Assembly (NCBI GenBank): GCA_039208735.1
Contig: JBCCQY010000070.1
Span: forward strand, 1 to 42,391
Length of the DNA stretch: 42,391 bases
Reading direction: 5' to 3'
Origin: Myxococcota bacterium
GTDB lineage: Bacteria; Myxococcota_A; UBA796; GCA-2862545
Under the pieces are notes generated by a model, which was given only the letters and a program-made list of their open reading frames with translations, searched no databases and was not told the DNA's origin. Shown here piece by piece: positions 35,393-42,391 of this stretch (the stretch's first letter is position 1; each line of letters opens with the position of its first letter). Made by a program: the position numbers and the translations under genes.

Positions 35393-36705
35393 TTCTTGAC
35401 GACGTGGGGTTCGAGCGCTTCGGCAGGAGGTGTCCACGTCGCGGGGTCAACCGGACGCTCCTGCTTGGCGGCAAGGTCTTTGACCTTGTGCACGCCAGCT
35501 TCGTCGACCTCGGCAAACCAGACGTAGGGAATTCCCTTGTTGAGGGCGTACTTGATCTGTTTGCCGTAGGGCAGCGGTTGGGGAAACACTTCGGTGGCGA
35601 CCCCTCGGTCCCGTAGCGATCGGGCGAGTTCGCGCGCCGCAGGGCGGTGATCGTCGTTGTTGAGGGCGACGAGCACGGCGGTCGGGGTCTGACGGGAGCC
35701 GGTCAACTTGCCTTCGTCCACGAGGATGCCGAGCAACCGCGTCACTCCAATCGAAATGCCGATGCCCGGCAATTCGTCGCCGGCGAGTCGGTCGTAGCGG
35801 CCGCCACTGCACACCGAGCCGATGCCCTCGTGGCCTTCCATGACGCCCTCAAACACGGTTCCTGTGTAGTAGTCGAGGCCTCGTGCGATGCGAAGGCACG
35901 CCACGATCTGACCTCGCGAGGGGGTTCCGATGCCTCGCATGACCTCGGTGAGTTCATCGAGGCCCTGTTCAAGGCGGTCGTGGGTGACGCCCAGGGCCCG
36001 CACCTGTTCCGCGAACGACGCGTCGGACGTCTCGATGTCGGCCAGCGCGAGTAGTTTGTCGATCTGATCGGCCTGGAGGGACTCGGTGAGGATCTTGCGA
36101 ACGCCATCGGCCCCAATCTTGTCGAGCTTATCGACGATTCGCAGCGTTCCCGAGGGATCTTCGATGCCCAGCCCCTGGCAGAAACCCTCGAGAATCTTCA
36201 CGTTGTTCAGGCGCAGCGTGACCGGAGGGACGGGCAACGCCGCCATGGTCTCGATGAGCAATGCGGGCAGCTCGATGTCGAAGGCGAGTGGCAGGGGGCC
36301 TCGGCTCACCACGTCAGCATCCGCCTGGATGAACTCGCGGTAACGACCCTTCTGAGGACGTTCTCCGCGCCAAGACCGCTGGATCTGGTAGCGCTTGAAC
36401 GGAAACGACAGGTGACCGGCATTGTCCTTCACGTATCGAGCGAACGGCACCGTGAGGTCGAAGTGCAGACCCATCGAGACGGTCTCATCGCGCTCGGCTT
36501 GCAGCCGCTGAACCCCGTAGATCTCTTTGTTGGTGTCGCCGTCCTTGCGAAGGAGCACATCGACGGGCTCGACCGACCGAAGAAAGAGGTGGGCAAAGCC
36601 ATGCAGTTCGTAAGTCCGGCGGATCGCGGACACGAACACGTCCTCCACGACTTGGTCCTCGGGCAGCCACTCGACGAACCCGCTCTTGCGCTTGGGCGTC
36701 GCCAT
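35389..36705 (-). CDS. hisS: Histidine--tRNA ligase
   Basis: FDLTVPFARY, WRGERPQKGRYREFIQ.D.D, RGLDYYTG, GGRYD, GISIGVTR; GAGGAGG RBS. Confidence 0.97.
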   Translation of the reverse strand: MATPKRKSGFVEWLPEDQVVEDVFVSAIRRTYELHGFAHLFLRSVEPVDVLLRKDGDTNKEIYGVQRLQAERDETVSMGLHFDLTVPFARYVKDNAGHLSFPFKRYQIQRSWRGERPQKGRYREFIQADADVVSRGPLPLAFDIELPALLIETMAALPVPPVTLRLNNVKILEGFCQGLGIEDPSGTLRIVDKLDKIGADGVRKILTESLQADQIDKLLALADIETSDASFAEQVRALGVTHDRLEQGLDELTEVMRGIGTPSRGQIVACLRIARGLDYYTGTVFEGVMEGHEGIGSVCSGGRYDRLAGDELPGIGISIGVTRLLGILVDEGKLTGSRQTPTAVLVALNNDDHRPAARELARSLRDRGVATEVFPQPLPYGKQIKYALNKGIPYVWFAEVDEAGVHKVKDLAAKQERPVDPATWTPPAEALEPHVVKN

Positions 36706-36793
36706 TGTTCCTCCTCGGGCGCCGTGGCGGGCCATTCCTCCACGCCTCCATGGACGTGGTTCGATGCCTCGCGGACGGGGTCCCCCGAAGGCA

Positions 36794-37153
36794 TTAGCCG
36801 GCGACCCCTGCGATGGCGATGCCGATTCCAAGACCTCCCACTACGCCAACGATGGCGACCACAACAAGCACCGCCATCATCAGGGCGACTCCCGTCGCCA
36901 TGGTGAGCCCCGCAATCAGGTCCCGACGGGATTGTGGAGGGCGGGCAAAGGGCAACGTCAAGGGCTCGAGCACGTGACTAAGCGTGGGCTCGGCTATGTC
37001 GGGGTCGGGTGGTCTGGCATTCGCCTGAAGCCAATCGGCATGGATGTCCTGCAACACCACCGTCGAGGGGTCGTCGACGCACTCCTCGGCATCGTCAAAC
37101 TCGGTCCCAAGCCCGTTGCCCGGCACACCGGATGGGTCGAAAACTTGCTCCAA
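36794..37153 (-). CDS. Small hypothetical membrane protein
   Basis: GAGGAGG-like RBS; long C-terminal hydrophobic segment. Confidence 0.55.
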   Translation of the reverse strand: MEQVFDPSGVPGNGLGTEFDDAEECVDDPSTVVLQDIHADWLQANARPPDPDIAEPTLSHVLEPLTLPFARPPQSRRDLIAGLTMATGVALMMAVLVVVAIVGVVGGLGIGIAIAGVAG

Positions 37154-37184
37154 GAGGACCTCCCTCGGTCCTCCTCGGATCTGA

Positions 37185-38399
37185 TCAGCCTTTCACACAC
37201 ACGATCTGCTTCAGAGTGTGAACAACCTCTACAAGTTCGGCCTGCGCCGCCATCACGGCGTCGATGTCCTTGTAGGCCATGGGCGTCTCATCGATGACGC
37301 CGGCGTCCTTGCGACATTCGACCCCTGCCGTGGCTTGGACGTGGTCGTCCACGGTGAAGCGACGCTTCGCCTCCGACCGCGACATGGCTCGCCCGGCACC
37401 ATGGGAACACGAGTGGAACGCGTCGGCGTTGCCCTTGCCCTTGACGATGAACGACCGCGCACCCATCGATCCTGGGATGATGCCCCACTCGCCACGCCGT
37501 GCCCGCACCGCACCCTTGCGCGTCACGTACACGTCACGGCCATGGTGGCGCTCCCGCTCCACGTAGTTGTGGTGGCAGTTCACCGCGGTACCCCGGGCTT
37601 CGAATGGCGGCAGCGTCTCACGCAAGGCCCCCAAGGTCGCTTCCATCATCAACGAACGGTTGATGCGAGCGAAGTCTTGGGCCCAGCCCACCGCCTGACG
37701 GTACGCGTTGAAATGCTCCGTACCCTCGGGAAGGTAGGCGAGATCCTTGTCGGGAAGGCTCACAAACCAGCGCTCCATCTCGCGCTTGGCGAGTTCGATG
37801 AAGTACCGACCGATGCGGTTGCCCACCCCACGGGACCCCGAGTGGAGCATCACCCAAACCTGGTCCGACTCGTCGAGGCACACCTCTACAAAGTGGTTGC
37901 CGGTGCCGAGCGTTCCGAGGTGGTTTTCGGTGTTGCCTCGGGCAAGCTTGGGGTTCTTATCGGTGATCTCGGACCACCGCTCCGCAAGTAGCCCGGACCA
38001 CGCGCGAGCATTCGCGTCAGGGAGGTTCGACCACGCTCCAACGTCGTTCTTCCCTCCATTCTTGCTGCGCCCATGGGGCACCACTCGCTCGATCGCCGCG
38101 CGCACAGGTGCCAGATCATCGGGAAGCTCGTGCGACGTCAGCGACGTCTGCACGGCGATCATCCCACAGCCGATGTCCACCCCGACCGCGGCGGGAATGA
38201 TGGCCCCTTCGGTCGGAATGACCGAGCCTACGGTGGCACCCTTCCCAAGATGGACGTCCGGCATGGCCGCGACCCAGCGATGCACGAACGGCAGATCCGC
38301 AATGCGACGGAGCTGATCCCACGCCGCTTCCTCGACCGGTACGCCTTCGGTCCATGCCTTGATGAGGCCCCGACTCGTTTGAACGACGGTTGCTGCCAT
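37185..38399 (-). CDS. rtcB: RtcB-family RNA ligase
   Basis: MPDVH.GKG, VGVDIGCG, GTLG.GNHF.E, HSGSRG, HHNY, RKGA, PGSMG, SCSHGAGR, DETP.AYK. Confidence 0.96.
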   Translation of the reverse strand: MAATVVQTSRGLIKAWTEGVPVEEAAWDQLRRIADLPFVHRWVAAMPDVHLGKGATVGSVIPTEGAIIPAAVGVDIGCGMIAVQTSLTSHELPDDLAPVRAAIERVVPHGRSKNGGKNDVGAWSNLPDANARAWSGLLAERWSEITDKNPKLARGNTENHLGTLGTGNHFVEVCLDESDQVWVMLHSGSRGVGNRIGRYFIELAKREMERWFVSLPDKDLAYLPEGTEHFNAYRQAVGWAQDFARINRSLMMEATLGALRETLPPFEARGTAVNCHHNYVERERHHGRDVYVTRKGAVRARRGEWGIIPGSMGARSFIVKGKGNADAFHSCSHGAGRAMSRSEAKRRFTVDDHVQATAGVECRKDAGVIDETPMAYKDIDAVMAAQAELVEVVHTLKQIVCVKG

Positions 38400-38427
38400 G
38401 GTTCCTCCAGTGTTCGAGAGGGACTTC

Positions 38428-38442
38428 GCACAGACCGTGCCA
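38428..38442 (-). promoter_or_regulatory. Sigma-54 -24/-12 promoter of rtcB
   Basis: Minus strand TGGCACGGTCTGTGC (GG-N10-GC), 29 bp upstream of the ATG. Confidence 0.75.
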
Positions 38443-38461
38443 GGAGGGCTGGATCTGAAAT

Positions 38462-38474
38462 TACCTGTTTGATT
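38462..38474 (-). promoter_or_regulatory. Possible IHF site upstream of the rtcB sigma-54 promoter
   Basis: Minus strand AATCAAACAGGTA vs consensus WATCAANNNNTTR (one mismatch), in an AT-rich patch. Confidence 0.4.
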
Positions 38475-38555
38475 CCTTGGCATTAGGCGACAGCTCTGGT
38501 CCGCGGGGGACCGTGGAGAGAGCGAGGTTTCGCGAGGTTGCGAATGCTCGCTAGC

Positions 38556-39071
38556 TCATGCGCCGATGCGATCGGTGGGTGCCTCGGCGAGGCCGGTGGC
38601 CTGTACGAGCTGCTGGCCGCGTAGGGTCAGGCGGAAGAACCGGCGCCGGGCATCGGTTTGGCCGCGCTGGACCTCGACGATGTGATTGGCGTGCATGTTC
38701 GCAAGCACACGGGAGAGCTGTGCCTTGTGCATGGCCGTGTGCTCGGACAGCTCGGTGGGGGTGATCCAGTCCTGCAGCCAGGGCAACAGTCGTTGCCAGT
38801 CGTGGCTCGCCGCCATCGTGACAAGTTCGGCCCGGGCCTGATCCTCCCGCAATGACCGGTCGAGGGCCCCGCCGACCGTCCGCAGGGCCTCGGCGAAGCC
38901 CTCCGCCCACTCCGTACCGGCCTGGACCTGAGCCAACTCGGCGACAAGCGCGCGAAGTTGCGTGCCTCGACCCGTGCTCGCCAGTCGCGCCAGCGTACGT
39001 GCGACGGGGCGCCAAGCGGCCTTCGGGTCCTCCGCGTCTTCGAGTTCTGCCAACCACTCCGACCAAGCCAT
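38556..39071 (-). CDS. MarR-like winged-helix protein with helical N-terminal extension
   Basis: TPTELSEHTAMHKAQLSRVLANM...V...DARRRFFRLTLRG. Confidence 0.8.
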   Translation of the reverse strand: MAWSEWLAELEDAEDPKAAWRPVARTLARLASTGRGTQLRALVAELAQVQAGTEWAEGFAEALRTVGGALDRSLREDQARAELVTMAASHDWQRLLPWLQDWITPTELSEHTAMHKAQLSRVLANMHANHIVEVQRGQTDARRRFFRLTLRGQQLVQATGLAEAPTDRIGA

Positions 39072-39099
39072 GATTCTCGTCCTGCAAGGGTTTGATCAA

Positions 39100-40479
39100 C
39101 TATCTATCAACCATCTGCCAGTCTGGGGGAATTCGAGATTGGCCAGGCTCGAATTGCATGCGACCAACGGCAGGAAAGCGGATGCCCGAACGTCCGAGAC
39201 GCTGTACGATGCGGCGTCGGTCAGGCAGCGCGAGAATCATGGAGGCGCAGAATGCATCGGCGTGCTCGGTGCAGGCATTGACGATGAGCACCATCGTCTG
39301 GGCGGTGGTGGCCATGTGTCGCGCTTGGCTTTCGAGTTCCTGGGTCTTGTCGGAAAACGACGTCACGATGACCAGCGACACACCGAGGCGCTCGAGGATC
39401 CCCACCACCGAAGGTTCAATCAGATCTTTGCAAATGAGCGTGGCGACGGTCCACCCGCCGCTCGCGAGCAGCGTGACTTGGCGACGGTACGCCAGCAATT
39501 CGGTTCCCAACAAGGGATGGACGAAGGGATTGAACTTGTGGTGCGCGAATGTGTCACCGCCGCGAATCCGCGTCAGGGCTTCGTTGACCCAGGAGCGAGA
39601 ACCCAGATCGTCCGACCGATGAAACGAGCCACCGACGGTCAGGGCAATCGAAAGGGCATGGGCCCGTTGAATGCGATGCATCACTTCGTGGTCCGTGCCG
39701 GACAGTTCCGGAAACACCGCGATCGAGGCGCCAACGTCGGCTGCGGCCGACAGCAGCGTGTCGTCGATGTCCGCCGTGGCTTCTTTGGGGCGCACACTAT
39801 GAAAGAACGGCTGTCCCTCGATCTGTTCTTGAGACCACTGCAGTTGGTCGAGACGACCGTGGGGGAACAACCCTGTGATCGAGACGCCATCGACGAGTCG
39901 GATGAGCGAGGGGGGGCACGGTTCGTAGCGCACCCGGAAGCCGGCCAGCGGGGGCACCAGGCACACGTGCGACAATCGATCCGGCTCTCGTGTGGCCAGG
40001 ACGCGTCGGGCGGGTCGATCCGAGCGCAATGGGGCGACCGCTCCGTGCAGGTCGGGGTGAGACGTGATGTTGGACCGACCCACGAGATCGAAGATGAGGT
40101 CCGCGGATCGCGGGAACACGTTGTCGACTTCAAGGTCATGGGGCCCGAGATCGACGTATTGGTCGGCCAATTCCCGACCTACCACCACATCGAGCGCCTC
40201 GGCCAGTGCCCGGGCCGACATTACGTCCGTCAAGTTGTCCGAGGCCTGCACCCAGCTCACCAAGGGATCGACTTCGATCCGCTCGAATGTCGTGACCTCC
40301 TGAAGGCGAGACGCCACGTGTTCCCGGGCTCGGGCGAGGCCTGCCTGGCACGCGGGGTCCCGGCACTGGCGACGGAACGCCTCCTGATGGTCTCGATTGA
40401 AGCGCAGCAAGGCCGCAAGCAACGTGAGCGGCGCCGCGACACGAGTCGAGATGGAGGCCAGGTAGGGGGGGCGAGTCAT
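39100..40479 (-). CDS. Carbon-nitrogen hydrolase (nitrilase-fold) protein with unknown N-terminal domain
   Basis: Triad motifs VFPELS (E), HHKFNPF (K), LICKDL (C), plus GGSFH, N and VN in the C-terminal half. Confidence 0.78.
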   Translation of the reverse strand: MTRPPYLASISTRVAAPLTLLAALLRFNRDHQEAFRRQCRDPACQAGLARAREHVASRLQEVTTFERIEVDPLVSWVQASDNLTDVMSARALAEALDVVVGRELADQYVDLGPHDLEVDNVFPRSADLIFDLVGRSNITSHPDLHGAVAPLRSDRPARRVLATREPDRLSHVCLVPPLAGFRVRYEPCPPSLIRLVDGVSITGLFPHGRLDQLQWSQEQIEGQPFFHSVRPKEATADIDDTLLSAAADVGASIAVFPELSGTDHEVMHRIQRAHALSIALTVGGSFHRSDDLGSRSWVNEALTRIRGGDTFAHHKFNPFVHPLLGTELLAYRRQVTLLASGGWTVATLICKDLIEPSVVGILERLGVSLVIVTSFSDKTQELESQARHMATTAQTMVLIVNACTEHADAFCASMILALPDRRRIVQRLGRSGIRFPAVGRMQFEPGQSRIPPDWQMVDR

Positions 40480-40692
40480 GGAGGTTTCGCCTATCGAGCA
40501 GCGCGGCCCGTCGCCCCCCTTGGCTTGCCCCCTGGCGGATGCTTCGGTAACATTCCAGGGGGAACCTTGACCTCACGCGTTCCCGACGGCCATGTGGGCG
40601 GCCGCTCCTTTCTCTCCCTCTTCTTCTGCCCCTCCCCTCGCTCTGCTTCTTCCTCCTCTTTCCAAACCCCCCACCCCTCCGTGGCCGACACC

Positions 40693-40708
40693 TGGCATCG
40701 GTGTTGCA
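40693..40708 (+). promoter_or_regulatory. Sigma-54 -24/-12 promoter of the usp gene
   Basis: TGGCATCGGTGTTGCA matches TGGCAC-N5-TTGCW with one mismatch, about 70 bp upstream of the ATG. Confidence 0.72.
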
Positions 40709-40778
40709 CTCGTGTCTTGTCGACCCACGTGGTCGTCAGGCGGGTCTCCCGAGCGGGGATCCGGCATGGGAGCGTGAC

Positions 40779-41231
40779 ATGAAACTGTTGCTGGCCATCG
40801 ACATTCATCATCCCGACGCACTTGCCGTGGTCGCCGAAGGCGGTCGCTGGGCCCGTTCGCTCGGCGGCACTCTCGACTTGGTGTTCGTCGATGACGAGCC
40901 GACCGACGCGGCGTACGGCATTCGAGACCCCGAGATTCAGCGCATGGTCGTCCAGTCCTGGGGTCGCATTCAGGATCACCATCGGGCCGCCCTTGAAGAC
41001 ATGGTCGAGACCCTCGAAGAGGATGTGCGGGGTCGAGCCCGGTATGTGCAGGGTCAAAAGACCCACGAAGAAATTGTCGCAATCGCGAGTGGCTACCAGG
41101 CCGTCTTGGTCTTCACCCATGGACGCCGGGGGCTGTCCCACCTCTTCATGGGGTCGGTCTCGGAGCGCCTCGTGCGCCATGCCGATGTGCCGGTCATGGT
41201 GCTTCGTCTTCAGCAGGCGATGTCGGCGTAG
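40779..41231 (+). CDS. Universal stress protein (USP family)
   Basis: MKLLLAID, THGRRGL..LFMGSVSERLVRHA.VPVMV. Confidence 0.92.
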   Translation: MKLLLAIDIHHPDALAVVAEGGRWARSLGGTLDLVFVDDEPTDAAYGIRDPEIQRMVVQSWGRIQDHHRAALEDMVETLEEDVRGRARYVQGQKTHEEIVAIASGYQAVLVFTHGRRGLSHLFMGSVSERLVRHADVPVMVLRLQQAMSA

Positions 41232-42390
41232 TGTCGACCTTCGGGCGGCCGGACGTCTGACGCCGGGCCTGCCCGTTGAAGATCGCACGCACCGTTTCGA
41301 GGGTATCGGCGTCGACCGGAGCCTTATCGGTGCGGTAGCCCTTGACCCGCGCAAAGCGGAGGGCGAGCCCTGCTGGATAGCGGGGTGACTGCTGGACGTC
41401 GTTGAACGCGATCTCTACGACAAGTTCAGGCCTCACCCTCACCACGTGGTCCTCCCGGGAGGTCTCCCGGGCCAGGAGGGCCTCCGTCTGCCAGGCGAGC
41501 AACTCGTCGGTCAGCCCTTTGAACGTCTTGCCGAGCATGATGAATTGGCCGGACTGGGGATCGCGAGCCCCTAAATGAAGGTTCGACAGGAAGCCCTTGC
41601 GACGTCCGCTACCCCATTCGACAGCGAGGACGACGAGATCGAGGGTCCACGCTGGCTTGAGCTTCAGCCACGATGCGCCTCGGGTTCCGGCTTCGTAGGG
41701 AGAAGGCCCGTCCTTCGCCATGACGCCTTCGTGGCCCGCGTCCAGGACCTCATCGACAAACCGCGACGCTTCGGATTCCGAACTCGGGAGGCAGCTCGCG
41801 ACGCGCGAGGACTCGGGAATACGTTCGGCCATCGCGGCGTGCCGTTCATCGAGCGTCCGATCGACCCACGCCTCGCCGTCGATCGCGAGCACATCGAAGA
41901 AGAACGGCGTGAGGGGCAAGGTGGCCCGCATCTTGGCCACATCGAGCTTGCGCCCGAAGCGACGCATCGTCGTCTGAAAGGGGTGGGGGCGCCCATTCGG
42001 CATTAGCGCGATCACTTCGCCGTCGAGCACGATCGAGTCCACAGGAAGTGCGAGAACGGCCTCCACCACTTCGGGGACGGCAGGGGTCACGGGCCGCAGT
42101 TGCCGCGAGAACACCTCCACCCGGTCACCCTCTCGATGGACCTGAATACGGGCGCCATCAAGCTTCGCGTCGAGGCGGACTTCCCCGAGTTTTGCCATCG
42201 CATCGGCCAGGTCGTCCGCCGTCTGGGCCAGCATGGGTTGAACCGGTCGAAACAGCTCGAGGCGAAAGCGTTCGAGGGCGCCCTCTCCTCCCTCAAACGC
42301 GGCGAGGGCCGGGGCCACGAGGTCGCCGGAAAGCATGACCGCCCGACGGACTGCCTGTGGAGGAACCTTCGCCGCTGCCGCGACCGCTTC
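41194..42390 (-). CDS. ATP-dependent DNA ligase (LigB-like), 5' end outside window
   Basis: Motif I AKLDG.RIQ.H, LDGEV, FFDVL, EGVMAK, WLKLK, LRFAR..R.DK; frame open to window edge. Confidence 0.93.
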   Translation of the reverse strand, partial: EAVAAAAKVPPQAVRRAVMLSGDLVAPALAAFEGGEGALERFRLELFRPVQPMLAQTADDLADAMAKLGEVRLDAKLDGARIQVHREGDRVEVFSRQLRPVTPAVPEVVEAVLALPVDSIVLDGEVIALMPNGRPHPFQTTMRRFGRKLDVAKMRATLPLTPFFFDVLAIDGEAWVDRTLDERHAAMAERIPESSRVASCLPSSESEASRFVDEVLDAGHEGVMAKDGPSPYEAGTRGASWLKLKPAWTLDLVVLAVEWGSGRRKGFLSNLHLGARDPQSGQFIMLGKTFKGLTDELLAWQTEALLARETSREDHVVRVRPELVVEIAFNDVQQSPRYPAGLALRFARVKGYRTDKAPVDADTLETVRAIFNGQARRQTSGRPKVDTTPTSPAEDEAP

Positions 42391-42391
42391 C

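Noticed and set aside
39100..40479. DRT1 / RT-nitrilase system
   Set aside because: No reverse-transcriptase motifs (e.g. YxDD) in this or neighbouring ORFs.
38962..40782. 606-aa plus-strand ORF
   Set aside because: Antisense to the nitrilase-fold gene, which carries the recognisable motifs.
1..42391. tRNA, rRNA, CRISPR array or prophage
   Set aside because: No T-loop/cloverleaf, regularly spaced repeats or phage structural genes recognised by eye; intergenic gaps are short. A tRNAscan/Infernal run would be needed to exclude small RNAs.

Overview
High-GC bacterial chromosomal window. The gene content (many short 'LxAC' lipoproteins, Ser/Thr kinase/PP2C/FHA genes, sigma-54 promoters) suggests Myxococcota or a related deltaproteobacterial lineage; this is inferred, not tested. 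It holds about 44 CDSs. Housekeeping genes include serC, serA, hisS, msrB, nagZ, methylmalonyl-CoA epimerase, an RpiB-family isomerase, rtcB and an ATP-dependent DNA ligase. The window starts inside the 5' end of a probable IS1182-type element that the ORF track missed. The strongest novelty candidate is a ~1040-aa protein fusing a type-I periplasmic binding domain, a complete pentameric ligand-gated ion channel (Pro-loop, M1-M4) and a C-terminal NlpC/P60-type Cys-His-His domain (7238-10360). Other candidates: a stand-alone E-K-C nitrilase-fold plus wHTH pair next to a sigma-54-type rtcB promoter; a 1013-aa FhaA-like multi-FHA protein with PP2C and an atypical kinase; a DnaC-like ATPase with a conserved-looking partner; and a probably frameshifted Cys-tailed ECF sigma coupled to an ArsI/CadI gene. 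No rRNA, tRNA or CRISPR array was recognised. All family calls come from motifs read by eye; no searches were run.
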